Shown: in pieces, positions 29,035-31,267 of the stretch
How the letters are laid out: each line of letters opens with the position of its first letter
How positions within the stretch are numbered: the stretch's first letter is position 1
Origin: a virus
Lineage: Duplodnaviria > Caudoviricetes
Direction: 5' to 3' (one strand)
IMG/VR virus record: IMGVR_UViG_3300042453_000526
Span: 1-31,267 of that record
DNA length: 31,267 nucleotides
Made by a program: the position numbers and the translations under genes
Notes under the pieces: generated by a model
Database searches by the model: none
Told to the model about the DNA's origin: nothing
The model's input: only the letters and a program-made list of their open reading frames with translations

Positions 29035-29064
29035 ATTGTAAACGAATTGAGATGGCTAAGTCAA
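29035..29064 (-). promoter_or_regulatory. sigma70-type promoter TTGACT-N18-TACAAT with overlapping inverted repeat
   Basis: -35 at 29064-29059 and -10 at 29040-29035, 6 nt before the gp47 ATG; ATTGAGAT/ATCTCAAT at 29046-29053 and 29064-29071. Confidence 0.55.
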
Positions 29065-29080
29065 TCTCAATATTACCAAA

Positions 29081-29944
29081 TCATTCTTCGTACATTCCGC
29101 TGCCAGTGGCCATATTTTGTCTGGTATAGCTAGGATTCAAATTGTTTAATTCTAGAATATCATCACGTAGATTTTGATTCCGTTTTTCAATATTTAAAAC
29201 TCTCGTAAAAGCATTTGTTATCGCCGCAGTATAGTAGGCAAATGGATTTAAACTTTTGCTCTCATCAAACTGAAGACCAATTTGACTTAACTGAAGTAGT
29301 GCTTGACTACGCATTTCATCATTGTATGTATAGCCTCGCCAGTTGCTACGGGTAGCATAGCGTTCACATAATTTCATGAACATATGTGCAAGTTTGTTAG
29401 TCATTTTTCCATGATCTTTACTAAAATGTCCATCAGTTAAAGATCCCTTCCAGTGACTTCTACCTACGAGGTAAGGATTGACTTCCGAATCAACTTTATA
29501 GTGTACAAATGGTGGAAAATTAACTTTTATATATTTGGCTGGTTTAACGTCTTCTTCATCGTATTCAGTATGGATGATTTCGTCATCATCGTCATCTTGT
29601 ACAATGTCCTTTGCTTTTGATAATTTTGATGTATCATTTGGCACATGTTCCCATGTCATAACTCTAAAAACTAAATCAGTAACTTTAATATCGCTTTCTT
29701 TAATTTGACAGTCGTCTAGTTTTTTCTTTTCTTGTGAATCAGTAGAACTTCTTTCAAGTTCCAACTTTGACAATCGTTCGGCACGATTTTTAATTGCCTC
29801 TTCTATATTCTTATTGATATCAGACACATTGCTTAGAATAATGTCGTAGTGTTCGCAGGTTGAGTCTAGATAACTGCAATATGAATTTTTGCTTTTATGA
29901 ATTTCTTTAAGAATATCCTTGTTGTTTAAGTAATTGGTTTTAAT
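29081..29944 (-). CDS. gp55: Late-transcription sigma factor, gp55-like (287 aa, probable ATT start)
   Basis: NWRGYTYNDEM...FDESKSLNPFAYYT motifs. The frame extends 39 codons above the track's GTG (29827) to include NYLNNKDILKEIHKSK, with SD AAGGAG 7 nt before ATT 29944. Confidence 0.9.
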   Translation of the reverse strand: MKTNYLNNKDILKEIHKSKNSYCSYLDSTCEHYDIILSNVSDINKNIEEAIKNRAERLSKLELERSSTDSQEKKKLDDCQIKESDIKVTDLVFRVMTWEHVPNDTSKLSKAKDIVQDDDDDEIIHTEYDEEDVKPAKYIKVNFPPFVHYKVDSEVNPYLVGRSHWKGSLTDGHFSKDHGKMTNKLAHMFMKLCERYATRSNWRGYTYNDEMRSQALLQLSQIGLQFDESKSLNPFAYYTAAITNAFTRVLNIEKRNQNLRDDILELNNLNPSYTRQNMATGSGMYEE

Positions 29945-29967
29945 TTTAATTCTCCTTCAAACAAAAC

Positions 29968-29996
29968 ATGGTAACACATAGAAAACTGTTTGTCAA
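29968..29996 (-). promoter_or_regulatory. sigma70-type promoter TTGACA-N17-TACCAT (extended -10 TG) for gp55
   Basis: -35 at 29996-29991 and -10 at 29973-29968. Confidence 0.65.
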
Positions 29997-30021
29997 CATA
30001 ATAAACATATATTATTATGAG

Positions 30022-30028
30022 ATAAATA
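30022..30028 (+). promoter_or_regulatory. Late promoter (ATAAATA)
   Basis: 22 nt upstream of ATG 30051. Confidence 0.6.
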
Positions 30029-30050
30029 TTTTCACTAACTATGGAATATT

Positions 30051-30974
30051 ATGGCATTAAGTGGCGTCAATCCCGGTTTCTATGAATCTGATGGTTCAGC
30101 AAGCACTATAACTTCACCTGGAAATTCAGCATTAGGTAATAGTTTAAGCCCAGCTGATTCTGTCGGTGCTAGATTGGCAACGGCAGGATTAACATCTGGC
30201 GCTAACGGTTTACTAACTGATATAGCCGGTAGTGTATTTAACATAGATTTTCAAAACACTGATGGAACACAAATTTCACCAGAAGATGATTGGCGCGTAA
30301 GAATCAGTATGGGTCAGACAATGGCTGGTATGTTTTATGATAATCCTGCCAATACATTATTGAGACCATTAAACAGCAGAATAGGAACTGCTGGAGTTGT
30401 TTTTCCCTATACGCCCACTATAACATTGTCTCATACCGCACGTTATGGTTCTCAAGTTCTTACACACTCCAATTACAATAGTTACTTCTATGAAGGAAGT
30501 GAAGTTGGAGCTGTTCAGATAAATGGAGAATTTACTGTTCAGAACATCGCAGAAGGTCAATATTTGATGGCAGTTATTCAGTTTTTTAGAATTTGTACCA
30601 AGATGTTTTTTGGCGCTGATCAATACGCAGGATCTCCACCTCCACTGGTATTTTTAGATGGATACGGAGCAGCGTATTTGCCACATATTCCATGTGTTGT
30701 AACACAATTTTCACACACAATGCAAGGTGAAGTTGATTATGTATCAGTTCCTATTGGTGTTGATTTGGGACCTGGGGGGAATTCTGTATTTCCAGGAAAT
30801 ATGACAGGCGATTCATATGGTAAGTCAGTACGTTTACCGACTGATAGTACTATAACAGTAACACTACAGCCAGTTTACAGTAGAAAAAATATTGCTGATA
30901 ACTTTACACTTGAGAAATACGCACGTGGGCTAACTATTAAAGATGGTAATAGTAATAGAGGAGGATTTATATAA
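30051..30974 (+). CDS. Baseplate/tail-tube junction protein (gp48/gp54-like fold)
   Basis: VFPYTPTI, HSNY, GSPPPLVFLDGYG...PCVVTQFS motifs of tube-initiator proteins; sits upstream of a gp53-like gene. Confidence 0.7.
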   Translation: MALSGVNPGFYESDGSASTITSPGNSALGNSLSPADSVGARLATAGLTSGANGLLTDIAGSVFNIDFQNTDGTQISPEDDWRVRISMGQTMAGMFYDNPANTLLRPLNSRIGTAGVVFPYTPTITLSHTARYGSQVLTHSNYNSYFYEGSEVGAVQINGEFTVQNIAEGQYLMAVIQFFRICTKMFFGADQYAGSPPPLVFLDGYGAAYLPHIPCVVTQFSHTMQGEVDYVSVPIGVDLGPGGNSVFPGNMTGDSYGKSVRLPTDSTITVTLQPVYSRKNIADNFTLEKYARGLTIKDGNSNRGGFI

Positions 30975-31267
30975 TGGCCGAAGTTACTTACACTAAAAAT
31001 AGTTTATATGCTCGCACCAAATTTTATGGAAATTACCTAGATGTAGCAGAATTTCCGAATATGCCAAAAAATGTAGATGATGTTTTATTTGAAATAAACA
31101 AAACATATCAAAATCGTCCAGACTTATTAGCTTTTGACTTGTATGGTGATTCTAGCTTGTGGTGGGTATTTGCTCTTAGAAATCCCAACACAATCAAAGA
31201 TCCAGTTTTTGATATGAAGGCCGGTAGAAAAATTTATTTACCTAAAAAATCCACGCTTGATACTCTA
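30974..31267 (+). CDS. gp53: Baseplate wedge protein gp53-like (LysM-type), truncated by window end
   Basis: ATG overlaps the upstream stop (TAATG). Translation MAEVTYTKNSLY...YQNRPDLLAFDLYGDSSLWWVFALRNPN...IYLPKK. Confidence 0.82.
   Translation, partial: MAEVTYTKNSLYARTKFYGNYLDVAEFPNMPKNVDDVLFEINKTYQNRPDLLAFDLYGDSSLWWVFALRNPNTIKDPVFDMKAGRKIYLPKKSTLDTL

Noticed and set aside
10449-30623. Short antisense or nested ORFs over the fibre, head, tape-measure, gp46/47 and baseplate genes
   Set aside because: They lie wholly within well-supported genes and show no recognisable motifs or expression signals.
4178-30974. Stop-codon reassignment (no called gene ends in TAG)
   Set aside because: All conserved genes are intact under the standard code; TAA bias is expected at low GC.

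Overview
This is a 31-kb piece of a large, AT-rich T4-related (myovirus-type, probably jumbo) phage genome, not bacterial DNA. From left to right it holds: two giant collagen-like (Gly-Pro-Gln) fibre genes, the first running off the left edge and absent from the ORF track; small virion genes and a beta-helix spike; an HNH/NUMOD3 homing endonuclease just behind the major capsid gene; the head module (gp23, gp22, gp21, an acidic core protein, portal gp20); a tape-measure-like gene divergent from a gp26-like/gp51-like pair; a small GIY-YIG gene; gp46/gp47; late sigma factor gp55; and baseplate genes. TAAATA late promoters, sigma70-type promoters and intrinsic terminators are visible. The best new-biology candidates are four. 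(1) A ~450-nt highly structured, pseudoknotted minus-strand non-coding RNA starts immediately after the late-promoted GIY-YIG gene and is followed by ssDNA-type hairpins. (2) A T-TTT-TTC -1 frameshift site would fuse the gp26-like and gp51-like ORFs, as in tail-assembly chaperones. (3) gp55 appears to start at an AUU codon. (4) One fibre carries four tandem gp9/gp10-type N-terminal anchor motifs. All structures were found by eye and no database search was run.
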